Shown piece after piece: positions 39,034 through 52,549 of a stretch of DNA of 64,000 nucleotides (position 1 is its first letter; each line of letters begins with the position of its first letter). The notes below the pieces were generated by a model. It saw only the letters and a list, made by a program, of their open reading frames with translations. It was not told where the DNA came from and made no database searches. The position numbers and the translations under genes are program-made. This DNA is from Paraspadella gotoi (lineage: Eukaryota > Animalia > Chaetognatha), in NCBI GenBank assembly GCA_051294375.1, contig CM119264.1, forward strand, positions 19,103,590-19,167,589. The letters are read 5' to 3'.

Positions 39034-42000
39034 ATGAAACCTTCCTTGTGGATATTTGTCTGGATTTTGATTTGGCGTCGGCTGTCGTCGTCTTTGTCTC
39101 AGACGCTCAAAATCGGTGCCATTTTTGACGACGAGGACGAAAAGCAAGAATTAGCTTTTCGTTCGGCCATCAGGAAGATCAATTCTCAAAACGACATATT
39201 GCCGCAGGCAACGATTTTTTTTTGTTTTTGAATGTTTTGACGACGTTCTTCACGAATTTTTTAGTGAAATGACGCGAATTGTAAGATGGGTTAACTGTTA
39301 TTGCTGGTGGTTGGTTACCCGTCTCGTTCATGCTGTCTTTTCATTGTACAATGTACATACATGAATCAAAATCTAACCTTCTACCACCCCTCCGGTCCCC
39401 TGCCCCCGACTACAGACATCGTTGACGTTCGAGATCGAGCGTATCAAAGCGGACAACCCGTTCGAAGCGACGAAAAGCGTCTGCAAGCTGCTGACAAAAG
39501 GCGTTGCGGCGATCGTCGGGCCGCAATCCAAACACAGCGCCTCTCAAGTGCAGGTGGGGAGTTCCGTGAGTTGGGATGGTGTNNNNNNNNNNTAGTTGAC
39601 GTTGTTCGCGTGAAATTGTTACCCGTTAGGCAATCACGAGCTCGCTCACGGTTCCTCATATCGAATTTCAAGCGAAGGTCGACGGTGACGAAAACGAAAA
39701 ACCCACGACGATAAATATACATCCGGTTCATAGGGTGAGTTATTGTGAGTTACTGTCATTGCGGCGGTAAAGTTCGTGAATTGTTTAGAATATTTAAGTA
39801 CAATGGGTCGAAAGTTTTGAGAAGTTACACTATAAAAAAAAGTCTCATTTCGTCCTCCATCGATTTTATCGCGACAGGTTTTGACTCGAGCCGCTACCGA
39901 CACCATTAACTATTTGGGATGGAAAAACATGATAGTTTTATACGACGACAACCTAGCCTTCATTCGTCTTCACACCATTTTTCAGGGAAAAGGCATCAGA
40001 GGCACAAAGATGATCATTAGAAGGTTGCTATGTAGTACTTTTTTCTCTTTAAAAAGCGAATCTTTAATTTATTATATATACATCAATAACGTGAATACAG
40101 ATCGCTTCAGTCCTCTCGTTGATGACATGAAATAGGTGCCACCAATATTTTTTTTTTAATTGTTGCAAGATTGTTGTTCGATTGTTATTAAGGTTAAATT
40201 CCCGGGAAAAATTTAAAGAAATAATAAAGGATGCGACAATCACTCAAAAGGTTTCCAACATCTTAATCGACTGCAAAACGGAGAATATTATTCCAATTCT
40301 TCTGGTGGCTAAAGAGGTGAGAAATACTAACTTTTTTCACGCTTTAAATGCCGTACCGGTCGGTCGGTTTCTCAGTCCGCACATAGCGTCTTCAAATTCT
40401 TTATGAAAAATTGCAAGATTACTAGTCTTATTTTAGACTAAATTAGATGAAATTGTAAAATGAATATTTGAGTTCAGTGTTTCCATTTAAACTCAAGAAT
40501 CCGTTCCAGATCGGCGCGCTGGGTTCTTTCTACACTTACCTCTTCACAAATCTCGATTTTCACACGATCGATTTTGGACGAATCTTCGACGGGAGATCGA
40601 GAGTCGGCGCCAAAATCTGGGGACTCTCTATTCTCGATCCAGCCAATCAGATGGTCAAGAAGACGCTGAGAGAATGGAACAAAAAGGCGAAGAAGGATGG
40701 CCAAACGCCATTGCAGGTCGGAAACTTGTTGTTGTCTAATTCTTGTCAAGAGCCTGTTTTTTTTTTTTTAACTCGCGTTGGAACTTGGAAGGATTATAGT
40801 AGGAGAATTAATTAAAAATCAACGGAAAATATCATTTCCTCCATTCTATTCAAATAAGAGTTTTAATATTTTGCAAATTTGCCTTATGTAGGATTCAGGG
40901 ATGATCTCCACCGGATCAGCGCTGGTCTTCGACTCTGTGATGCTTTTGGCTCTGAGTCTTCACAAAAAGGAAAAAGAGCGGAGGACGGATGTGATTCAGG
41001 TAAAGGCGGCAACATTTTATTCGATAGTATTTTCAAGCAAGTCCTGGAAAAAGTTAAATAATAATTATAATATGTAACCTTAGCAAAAAGACGAATTTGA
41101 TTTTTAACAACGATTTGTTTATTTTACATACCTTCATCAGCACTGATGAAGACATGTCCCTTTTTAAATTAAGCAAATCGTTGTTGAAAATCAAATTCGT
41201 CTTTTGGCTTATCAACTCACACAACGAAACGAAAGGCTTATTACAATAAGTAACCTAAATCCTAATCAACTTTTCTTTTAGGTCGTAAAAGTAAGTGCGA
41301 CAACTTTTTTATTTAATTTATTGATTTGCTTATAATCTCCTCCGGACTTCCCCTAATCTTTAGAAATGTTTTACATTTACGTAAACGCTCTCATCTTCTC
41401 ATAACAAACCTCATAACATTTGCCCGTGAATTGCGCTAGAGCCACTTTACTTTCTTCAGCTCTCATGTTTTAAACCGACTCGATGGGACGCGGGCATCGA
41501 CTTGTATCATGAAATCAAGAGGGAGAGCTTTAACGGTCTATCAGGCGAGTAATGATTACAAGAGGAACGGAAATTCGTTCGGTTGAGAGAAAATAAATTG
41601 TTTTTGGCCCGAGAAACTTTGCTTTCTCGGTCATCGATCATCGGCATGGTTATTATTGTTTGAGCACCAGGTGGTTCCGAAATTGGATTCCGCTAATGAC
41701 CCATCTCGTTTTAGATTAAAAAACTAAAAAGAAAAAAAAAAGAAAGAAAAAGTAGGCCACGAAAGTCTAATTGAAATAATCTAAAAAAATATGTAGATAA
41801 ATAAAAATCAATTTAACAAAGTGAAAACAAGTCTTGACATTAAAGATTTGCACAAGTCTTGTGGCAGAATTCATTGTATTATACAATTATTATACAATAA
41901 TATACAATTATAAAATATTATACCGTGAAAATTAAAAATAAAAATGAAAATAAATGTTTGTAATCTTACTTTTAGGTTTGATAATTTTTAACAACAAAGG

Positions 42001-44928
42001 ATTGAGAGAAGCCGTTGACGTCCACATCTACGGCGCCACCGAACCCAAAGCCAAGAAGATTGGTCATTGGAAAAACAACCAAACCGCAGTAAGATTGAAA
42101 GCAGAAATGATTGAGAAAAAAAAAAAGTCAAATGAAGAAAAATGAGCAAATGTCTGGAACCAACAGAAAAAAAAGAAAGAAAAAATACGAGGATCAAAGT
42201 AGAAGAACATTTTTTTAACATAAAAAGATATTGAAAAAGTCATTAGTAAAAAAAAAAACACCTCAACTCCCCCTCAACTCTTTCTCACCCACTGACAACC
42301 CAGATTGAAGACTCGGCCTTTGGCGGATCCACTTCGCCCGGCTCAAAATCCGGAGGGCGAGGATCGAAAAAGGGCGGGAAACACCTCACGGTCGTTATGT
42401 CGCGGAAGGCCCCTTTCCTTCTCGTTTCCAGAAACCGGAACATCACGGGAAACGACAGGTTGAGCCGGGCCGTTGTCGTTGTTGTGAAGCAGTGCGATAA
42501 TGCTATCAGATGCTCACTACAACGTATTGATAAATTATTATTCCTCATTTAACTTTCTCAATCTTATTGTGCTCGTAACATCTCCCGACAGGTTTTCCGG
42601 CTACTCAGTGGAGCTGATGGCCAAGCTGGCGGCGGCGATGGCGGAGGACGGATTCAAGTTTGAGTACAAAATCCTTGACAACAAAGAAGTCGGCGACGGA
42701 AGCTACGGAACGAAGAGTGAAGAGACCGGAGAGTGGAACGGGATGATCAAGCTTCTCCTCAATGGTGAGATCCGAGGATTTTTTTTAGCAGCTGTCATGA
42801 AAGAAATAAAAGATTTCCCGCCTTACTATTCAGGCACAGTGGACATGATCGTGGCGGACATGACGATCACTGTGGAGCGTGAGGACGCAGTGGCGTTCAC
42901 GACGCCCTTTATGCATCTGGGAATCTCGACGATGATGCGGAAACCGGAAAAGGCGTCGCCCGCGCTCCTCGCCTTCCTCGACCCTTTCGAGATGTTCGTC
43001 TGGATCTACATCATCGTCGCCTGGATCGGTTGATGGGGGGGCGTTATAGTTATTGTATTTTGTTTAATCTCTTCTTCTGTGACAGCTCATCAAAAAAAAT
43101 ATTTTTAAAAACTCTATTTCATGAAAAACAAACTATAATCATAATGACATAATGTAAAATGGACGATGACGGCGATAAACACGAGTCGACGACATTAATA
43201 TTCTTTCCATCTGCAGGTGTAAGTTTGACTCTGTTCTTCGTGTCTCGAATCAGCCCAGGAGAATGGGACAACCCTTACCCTTGTAACCAAGACGAAGACA
43301 TCGTGGAAAATCAATTTACGATAGGTGAGCAGAAAATGAAGTTCATCGTTATTTTCAAATTATGACAGTTTACATCGTACAGATTTAAAATTCGTTACGC
43401 TAAGATATTGAAGAGACAGTGATAATTATTATTAGTTAGTGACAAAACCGTTCAATATAAGCATTCCCTGAGCTTCGGATCAGGCTGTAACGCAGTGTTA
43501 CAGTCTTAACTGAGGAAAGGTTGGTGGATTTTAGTCCACCATAGTATTTTTATTTTATTTGTTTCATTTCATTCTTATTTTATTATATTTTTAACTCGAA
43601 CAAACGAGAGTATCTTACGTAAAAGAGTAAACGTGAGAGAATGACGTGAGACAGCGGAAGTGGCAGATAATAGGCGAGATGGAATTTTGAAAGCTTTTCT
43701 CTAGAAAAAAAAAATCATCGGAACCTCTGTAATTAGATTGGTTAGGGTGTGCTTTTAAAACATATTGAATCGTGAGAAAAAACGATCTCTGACTATATTT
43801 AGATTTATCTTACTAGTTTTTTATAAGTTTTAGCCGAAGAAGAAAAAAAAAATCCTTGTAAAGTGTTTTATGGCCTTAACTTTTTGCAGCAATCGCTGAA
43901 AGGGCTCAAGGTTGTTGTCTTATCCTGAAAAAACTTTTTTTTGTTTCAAATGTCTGTCTGTTATCTTAAAACTCAAAACTCAAATAACGCTGATGAAGGC
44001 TTAAAATGCAAGCCGAAACATGTCCGCTTTTCTTTGAAAAAAAAAATCGTTGTTGAAATTCGTTTAAAACTTTTCACAAATATCTTTACACAACGTAAAG
44101 AAAGTTTATAACACTATGTCTTAAAACACTCATAATTAGCCTTGTTGGCGCCATTAGGAAATTCGTTCTGGTATACCATCGGGGCATTCATGCAACAGGG
44201 AACCGAGTTGGCACCTAAATCGACCTCTACTCGTGTCATTGCCACGGTTTGGGCCGCATTCACGCTCCTCGTCATCAGGTCGCCATTTAGCAATATCTAA
44301 ATTCAGTAAATAAATATTTATACATATATAAAAAATCTAAAATCTAAAATAAAAAATCTCTGTTTTATAAAGGAAGGAAGAACGGGAGAAGGGAAGGGAG
44401 GAAAAAAAAGAAATAAGGGGAAATGTAAGGAAGTTTTGAAGAAAGGAAATTATGAAGAAAAGGAAGAAGTGATAAAGAAAATAAGAATATTGGAATTTTT
44501 AACTTTACAAATCGGATTAGTAAAAATTAAATTATCCATAGTTCTTACACGGCAAACTTAGCCGCCTTTATGACGGATCAGCGTTTAAAAGGAAATATCA
44601 ACAGCGCCGAGGATTTGGCCAAACAGACGGCCGTTCAGTACGGCACCGACGGAACGGGCTCGACTTTTCAGTTCTTTAAGTAAATTTACTTGTAAATAAA
44701 GAAATATTCAACGATTATTTTTAACTTCGAGCTTATTATCCCATCTTCCACCCCCACCCAAACTCGGCGCGCTTTTCAGAGATTCGGACATCGACGCTTA
44801 CCACACCATCTACCAAACGATGAACGCGAACAAGTCCAATCTGCTCAAATACGAGCCGGGCGTGGAACGCGTGAGGGCGGGAGGTTACGCCTACTTCCTA
44901 GAATCCGTGTCTTTGGAGTACACAATGT

Positions 44929-44978
<50 letters not shown>

Positions 44979-45508
44979 ATGTAAAATGTAATGAAATGTT
45001 TTATTGTTTATTGTGTGATTCAAAGCATCAATTTATACTAGTAATGTTCATTTTAAACAGCATCAGAGTTTATTAAATACTAAGCTTTTGAGGAACTTTA
45101 AAGATATAATACTTCAATAAAGTACCTGTAAAAATCTTAACTTTCTCATACTATATTATCGGCCAAATCATTATTAATTATCATATTTTTTCTACATAGA
45201 CAACCCTGCTTCATCAAAAAGTATTTTTCTTCTCACATTTTCAGGGCTCAATACTGCGACATAATGCAAGTTGGTGGTTTATTGGATACAAAGGGATACG
45301 GAGTCGCAACCAGAAGGGACTCGCCCTTGAGGGACATAGTCAACCATGCAGTCTTAAAGGTTTATTTTTTTCTTTGTTTCTTGCTTTGTTTTTTTTTTTT
45401 TTTTTTTTTTTTTTCTTCCTTTTATTAATATCGTAATTTTTGCCCGTATTTTTTGGTTTGACCATGATAATGATTAATATCGATTCATTTCACCCTTTTT
45501 TATTCCTA

Positions 45509-45542
<34 letters not shown>

Positions 45543-46785
45543 AACGTTTCTCTCTCCCCTTTTTTTTTATTTCCTTTTATATTAATTATAAACACAAATA
45601 TTTAAATCGTAACAGCTTTCCAAAAAAAACGAGCTCGTGAGCCTAAAGAGGAAATATTGGAAGGACCGAGTTGTGCCGAATTCGAGCGTCGTTTGCGCGG
45701 ACGACGAAGCGGAGGACAAGGCCAGTGAGACGGCGCTCAAGATTGAAAACATGATTGGTGTCTTCCTCGTCATCGGTGAATAATTTTAAATGTTGATCAA
45801 TGAACGGACCACAAGAAAATGAATGTTAAATCTGACCTTTCTGATTTTTCGATATCTCCTTTTTCTAGTTTGCGGCATTGTCATCGGTATATTTTTTGCC
45901 CTTGGAGAATATTTCGTATTCAAATGTCAGAAAAAGAACAGAGTTTCCGGAGGATTTTGTCAAAATTTCATCTCCGATGTCACGTTTGCGCTAAAATGTT
46001 GGGAATCAAGTTCGAAAGAAGTAAGTAGGCGAAAACCAAAACCAAACAAAACAATAATTAAAATGAGATAATGAGAAGAGAACAAGTGACGGTGTTACGC
46101 ATTACTATGTTCTCCATGCATTTCTTCAGTTGTAACCCAAGTGGCTCATAATATACGGGGTTCAAGAGGTTAAAGAGGTTACGGATTGTAGTTTTCCTCC
46201 GGCTAAAATGGCAAGCCGGATCCAGCTATCAAAGAAATTATAAAATTGAACATAATGATAATATAATAAATATAAAGAACTGGTAAAGGCATGAAAAGTA
46301 ATTAGTTAAGACCGAAGAACGAAATAAACGGGCTTATTGAAAAATAAATGGCTTTGAAAGATAATTCTTGAGATAAGACAAAAGGAAAATTAAATTAGAA
46401 GCCGCAACAACAGGAATAAACTAATGAATTTTTATGGTTGCCTTCCTCGACTAAGGCGGCAAAGCGTCTAAGACGTAATTTCTCCTTCTCCAACCGTGAG
46501 ATCTCATGATTTTCTCGTGCAACCCTGGGGTCTTTCTCATTTTATCCTAATCATGCTGAGAATGTCGCTCCCGATTTCTTCCGCCCTTCCTTCGATCCTC
46601 GCACCAATCCCCAGGTGGTACGTGCCACCCGTCCCCCGCCGAGTCCGAAGTCCAACGCCATGACCTCGTCTCATCACTCTGCTTTCGACGACCCCCATGC
46701 CGACCCCGTCATTCCATTTCGCGGTCTCATCCCTCCAAGTCGGGTCAACACGCCCTATCACCACGATCACGACGAAGAGGGTTGA
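39034..46785 (+). CDS. Ionotropic glutamate receptor, kainate/AMPA-like
   Basis: Signal peptide followed by IGAIF; [11 protein letters not shown]; GEWNGMI; [20 protein letters not shown]; EWDNPYPC; AFMQQG (unedited Q); SYTANLAAF; GST; YFLES; [11 protein letters not shown]; M4. Last exon 46561-46785. Confidence 0.93.
41066..41256. mobile_element. Foldback (head-to-head) copy of the hammerhead/Penelope-type repeat
   Basis: Inverted repeat 41082-41209 centred on CTTCATCAG-CA-CTGATGAAG, followed by ACATGTC. Tail ACAACGAAACGAAAGGCTTAT; 13/15-bp direct repeats at 41066 and 41242. Confidence 0.7.
43986..44028 (+). ncRNA. Type I hammerhead ribozyme motif (Penelope-type)
   Basis: CG-CTGATGA-A-GGCTT-aaaatgc-AAGCC-GAAA-CATGTC-CG: complete core, 5-bp stem II, palindromic stem III, predicted cleavage after C44024. 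Confidence 0.75.
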
Positions 46786-47096
46786 TTACAATTTTCAGGG
46801 AGATTTTTGGGGCGGTATGATTGTCGAGAAATTTGTATGAATGTTCGGATCATAATTAAAATGCTCTAAAAAAGAAGTACATTGTATTTATTGTATCTGA
46901 CCGAATCTTTGTTTTCATTATAAGTATTACATCCTTTTATTCTTAATTCACCCCAGGAAGTTAAATCATAGATAGTGCATTCGTAAAACATTTATAATCA
47001 ATCTATAAAAACACACGATGTTATTTAAATCATCCCAATTTGGCGATGACAAAAAGGAAAAACACCGTAGAAACGCAATACAACAAAAACGGAAGC

Positions 47097-50000
47097 TCAG
47101 CCGGTTCGTCTCAGCCGATTTCTCTTGAGAATCGTGCGAAAGTTTTTGTTCATGAAACAGTAGATAAGGGGATTGGTAATGGAGCTGACGTGATAGGAGT
47201 AGTAAACGACGACGTTGTAGTGGAGCAATCGATGCGCCATGAGAATCGCGGGGGTGAACGTGATGATGAAGGTCATACTGATCACGAAGAGCACGAACGC
47301 CATACGGAGGTGAACCTAGTGAACAATGTTCACTGAGCATGAGAGGTAATTTTACTCATAAAAAAGTAATACTTGTGGTAGTTTTACATATGACTACGCA
47401 AAATACCCAGATATCCAACGAAACTGTTAACTTTTTTAAAAATTCACTACTCACAGATGCATGTAAGATGTTCATCCAAAAAAATTATGTGCTGAAATAG
47501 CGACAATTTTATGGATAGTGCTTATTTTTTTGCCACTATGTAGCTCCCCAGTGGAATGAGATGAAAAAGTAACATCTTGATTTTTAAAGAAATAAAAAAA
47601 TCGTCCTGACCATATGAAAAATTGTAAAAAGTATTACCGTTGATCTTTTCATAAATATGTTTTTTCTGACCGCTGGGCTTGTTTTTGTCAACATATAGGG
47701 TAACAGGATATATTCAAAAAAATGAGTAGTTTTAAGTGAAGTATAGACTTCAGCATATTTGTAAAAAAGACCCTTCTGGATTTAGAAAAAAAATTTTAAT
47801 TGCTTTGGACACAGATAATACACAAAGAGCTTCATTCGTGAACTTGTAACTTTCCCATAATTAATCATTTTGAAACAAAAAACAGAATGCTAAAAAAAAT
47901 CTTCTGTCGTTTTATTGATCAAAATTCAAAGAACTTCTTTTCAAGTGATGACTAGACTGATAGAAAGCTGACAATGATCCTAGAGAAGACGTGATTTTTA
48001 GTTAAAATAAATAAAAGAATAAATAAAAGAAATAGCCAAAAGGTAATCTTTCCTCAGTCCAAAGCATCATCGAACTAATAAGGACAATATTAAAAAAGGT
48101 AACGGCGAATTTTAAATCAAAAATTGCGCCATGATTCTCAACCTGAAAAAGAAGATCCATTTTTGCCTTGTATCTGTATGGAGACATTTTAAGGTTTTTG
48201 TTTAATTTAAACCAAAAATAAAAACTGTAATGATTTCTGGATAATTTGAGCCCAAAACAAAAACTTAATTTTTATCAATGAATGAAATTTTAAAAAGTTA
48301 CAGTTTCGTGGGATATCTGGGTAAATACGTACTTTTCGCGTTTTTTCGACTAAAATTTGCATCGCAGTCATTTTGTCTCTTTTCGAGAAACACTTTAAGG
48401 AACAGGATTTGAGGCAGAAAGAAACCGAATTCATGTCCGACATGGAAACAATCTCCTGACAAAGTGATAAATCGTGAATAAATGAGTATCTGAATAAAAT
48501 ATCTTCGATTTTCTTATACACGGTAAAAAACGAAAAACGAAAATCAACTATCAACTGTTTACCTTGGTGGATTCTTCGGTGGGCTTTTGAATTTTTTTCG
48601 GTCTTTCGTCGACTCGACTAAAGTAAAAATAAAAAAAAAAAATTATTTAACAACACCAATTTTTATTTTGGAAATGGAAATCTTGATATATTTAAAGTAC
48701 CAAAAACTACACATTTTTAGTTCCCCATCCTCATTCTTTAGTCACTTTTCGGTCGGTCGGTTATTCTCATTTACGATTTGTAAAATACGTATGAGTTGAG
48801 TAACATATTTCGCCGCTCAAATCTGTAATAAAATCACACTTTTCCGACGAAAGATGGACGCCGTGTTTTATCACCTGACAAGACAGTTGCGTCGGGAAAC
48901 GTCGGTTAGTCTGAGGTTCCGTTCTCGTTTTGCTTTTCGCTTCAGTGACCGAAGATAAACTCTGACGCTGAGAATGACGTAAAAGACGACGATCGCCAAA
49001 AGACATCCAGGGAATTTGAGACTGTGCCACAGCTAATCACAATGATGAGTCTTCATGATTTCCCAAACAAAATTCTTCTTACTAAGTAATTCATTTATTA
49101 TGAATTGGACCGAAATTGACATTATATTTTTAATTTCAATACGTATATATTTTTTATTCATTCAGATTTAATTAGGAACGTCACTCTTCAAATGAGAGAT
49201 TGTTGCTCGTACCTGATATGCTTTGCGAATTCTTAAGGGAATGATGATGGTATTTGTTTGACAAGTTCCAACTTCAATAGAGACAAGCGTTCCGGCGCTT
49301 CCATTTTTATTTGGCTTCAATTATAATTATAATAGAAACGCTTTTAAAAACAATACAATACATTTTTAAACATTCTTAATGTTAAAAACGGCTACGTACC
49401 TCAAAAGTGGATTTTTCAAGGTCAACATAACCATTAGACCTAGGAGAAAAAAATTTAAATTAGAGATTACCAGTTGAAAAAATATGGTGGACAAACAATA
49501 AGACCTGTTGGAAGTTTGGACAGCGTTTATGTAAGTTCCATGACTAAGGGACGGGATGATTGCATCAAAGAAGGCAAAGGAAGTCGCGAAAATAACCATA
49601 AATCGAACTCCGCCCCGGGTGACTATTTTCTAGGAAATATAATCAATTAATCATCAAAATTTATTGTTTTTAGAGTATCATAAGCAGTAAGACAGAAATA
49701 CGTTAGATTCAACGTCAAAAAAGTTATCTAATATTTTTTCATCGTTTTCATCGTTAACCTGAAACGGGTGGAAAATAATGACGTAACGCTCCAATGCGAT
49801 CAATGTTATGATGTAGGTTTGAAGTAGCGTGGTGAACGCGGATAGGAAATGGAATCCTTAGCCAAAAACTTTAAATATAACAAACAAATCGACATCCAGA
49901 CAGACATAAAGACAGAGACGGACAGGAATTAAGACAGACGAAAATTCAGAGTGTTAAGGAGTAAGTGAGAAAAAATCATAAAGGTAGGGCGAGCCGATCA

Positions 50001-51245
50001 ATTTCAAATTTTAATGGGAACAGCATGAAGGAAATCCATTATTGGAATTAGATATTGAGTTAAAATATTTTTTTGCAAAAATGTTCCGAACCATGAGTAA
50101 TGACTATTCAGAAATGAGTATTCAGTAATTCGCTAATTAAAGTTATTTTATTGCTATATAATGTCTAAATTTTTTTTTATATTTTAAGTTTTTCTAATTT
50201 ATTCTGATAGAGCTCAAAAATTAATTACAACTTTTTTTAAAATTTTGATGTTTTATACCGAAAATTAACAAAAACTGTTTAAGTCGTATGATGATGATTT
50301 TTTAAGTTTTTTTTTAATTTTGACCTATTTATCATCAAAATATTGAAAAAGAATTATACTTTGTGTAGAAAAACAAATTTTTTTGGACATTTCTTATCTA
50401 TAAATAAATATTAGAAATTTAACTACAAGTNNNNNNNNNNAAATATTAGGAAAAAACAGTTTTTGTTTGACAACGATTTTTTTGACACAATTTAGTCAGA
50501 CATGTTTCGGCTCATTCATTTAGAGCCTTCATCAGTGTTTGACAATCAATATTTTTTCTCTGTTGAAGTAAGTTTTTGAGAGAGAGAAAGAGAGAGAGAG
50601 AGAGAGAAATTGAGGGAGAGTTTCCAACAAAGAATAAGGTAAGGGACAGTGGTCAGATCTGAGGCCAGCTGAAGGTGACATAACATCAAAATATTGAAAA
50701 AGAATTATACTTTGTGTAGAAAAAAAAAATTTTTTTGGACATTTCTTATCTATAAATAAATATTAAAAATTTAACTACAAGTGCCGAAAATTTAGTTTTA
50801 TTTGGAAAGGTTCCCAAATAAAATTTCCGACCCACCCCATTGACATATATTAAAAACAGACTTAAAATATAAACCTTTGCACAAAAAATCTGACGGGAGC
50901 TTTCGTTGCATCCATTCCATACAAACAGTAGACGGAATGGTAACCAGGCAGTTGAATAAATCCGTCATTGCCAGTGCCGCCACGAATAGCGTCACCGTCA
51001 TTCGTGAACGACCATTTAGTTGAAAAGTCACGAGGACAACTATGTTCATCGCCACTCCTGCAAAAAAAAAAAGTTGAGGCAAGACGAACGACGCACTTCA
51101 CATTGTTAGGTTGGTTCGATGCATGCTCACCGGCGACGGCAATAAAAATGAGGTAAGGAACCAGAAATTTAAGGTAAGGTTCTTTTGAAGCGTCGAGTTC
51201 AGCCATAAAGTTGAACGCTGCTGAATCCGGGGAAGTCAACATCAT
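47097..51245 (-). CDS. Class A (rhodopsin-like) GPCR, peptide-receptor-like orphan
   Basis: GVAMN TM1; FVAALAMTDL TM2; DFLCK; IALERYVIIFHP; FIITFTP TM6; NPLIYCFMNKNFR. Middle exons are only partly resolved. Confidence 0.85.
50497..50537 (-). ncRNA. Type I hammerhead ribozyme motif (Penelope-type)
   Basis: Minus strand CA-CTGATGA-A-GGCTC-taaatgaat-GAGCC-GAAA-CATGTC-TG, followed by AAAAAATCGTTGT. Confidence 0.75.
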
Positions 51246-52549
51246 TTATGTGACATTGACGTTGATAATTAAAATTTTAATTCCTCTTGTGAAGAAATTT
51301 TTCTCGACGTGAAACTTAAAAAACACGCTGGTATGTGACAACAGCCGAAAAATTGATGAGAAAGTCTTTCTCGCGTGAAAAGCCGAAATCGAGTCGCGCG
51401 TGATAGCGCGCTCACGAATGGAAAGATGGAAGTGATGGCGCGTGAGTTGAAGGCGGGGCCGAGAACAAAGAAAAGCAATATTGCAAAAATTATTTAAAAA
51501 ACACTCCCTATCGTCAAATTTTAATCAAAGGAATCCGTAATGTTTTGCTTCCATACTTTTTATATTGAATATTTTGTAGCGATTTTCTTGATTATTCTAT
51601 GAAGGGGGTGGCCACCGATGTAACAAGTGTACCCAAGGTAGCCCCGTTAACGGTTATGGTGCTCTTAAAGATTCAAAAGTAGTTAAATTAGTTGATTTAT
51701 TTTTCTTATTTTAATGTGTGATTGAATATATATATTATTTATATTTATATACTGTTAATTCTTTAGCACGGTAGTCAACGGGCTAGATAGCCTATTTATT
51801 CAATGACTTGATAATTTTATATTAGTTTTTGCAAGAGACAAAAATTTGTTTTCCCTTTATTTGTCTGGCAAGTAAAGACAACACGTAGAAAATTATGTCG
51901 AAATATTTTAGAAAAAGTTTTGTCTCCATTTGAAGTGATAAATTTATATTTTGTCCATGAAAACCTTTTTAAGTTTTTATTATTATAGCACTCATTTTTC
52001 GCCAATTTTTGATACTAGTTGTTCGAAATAAATTTATTCAAAGCCATTGTCAATGATAACATTTTACAAACTTCATACGTGTACTAGCTGTACTATCTAA
52101 ACAACAAATGAAATAGACGGATAGGCATAATATACTTAAAATTTTTTTCATTTCCGTAAGGTCGTAGTTTACAAAAGCAATTACAATCAAAAGTAATAAC
52201 AATAACAATAATTAACTAATGTAAAACCAGCTCAACAGGAATTCGGGGACCAACCATGAATTTCGAACTTGTTTCTTACTCTTTATATGTTAGCTTTATA
52301 AAAGTCAATGTTTTCCCTGTAGTTTTTTAAAAATTAAATTTTATTTTTATGTTTCATTAACTATTACTTTGACTATGTCTATTTTCTATGGATAAATGAA
52401 TAATATTAATTTAATATTAAATGGGTTCGGGCGCTGTTCTTTTGTTCTCAAACTCATTTTTAAAAATCCTGAGACAATCCTGGCGGAGTTATTCGGAATT
52501 AAACTAAATCGGTGTCTCTCCCTTCTGTGTGGGTAACGTAATTTGCAAG

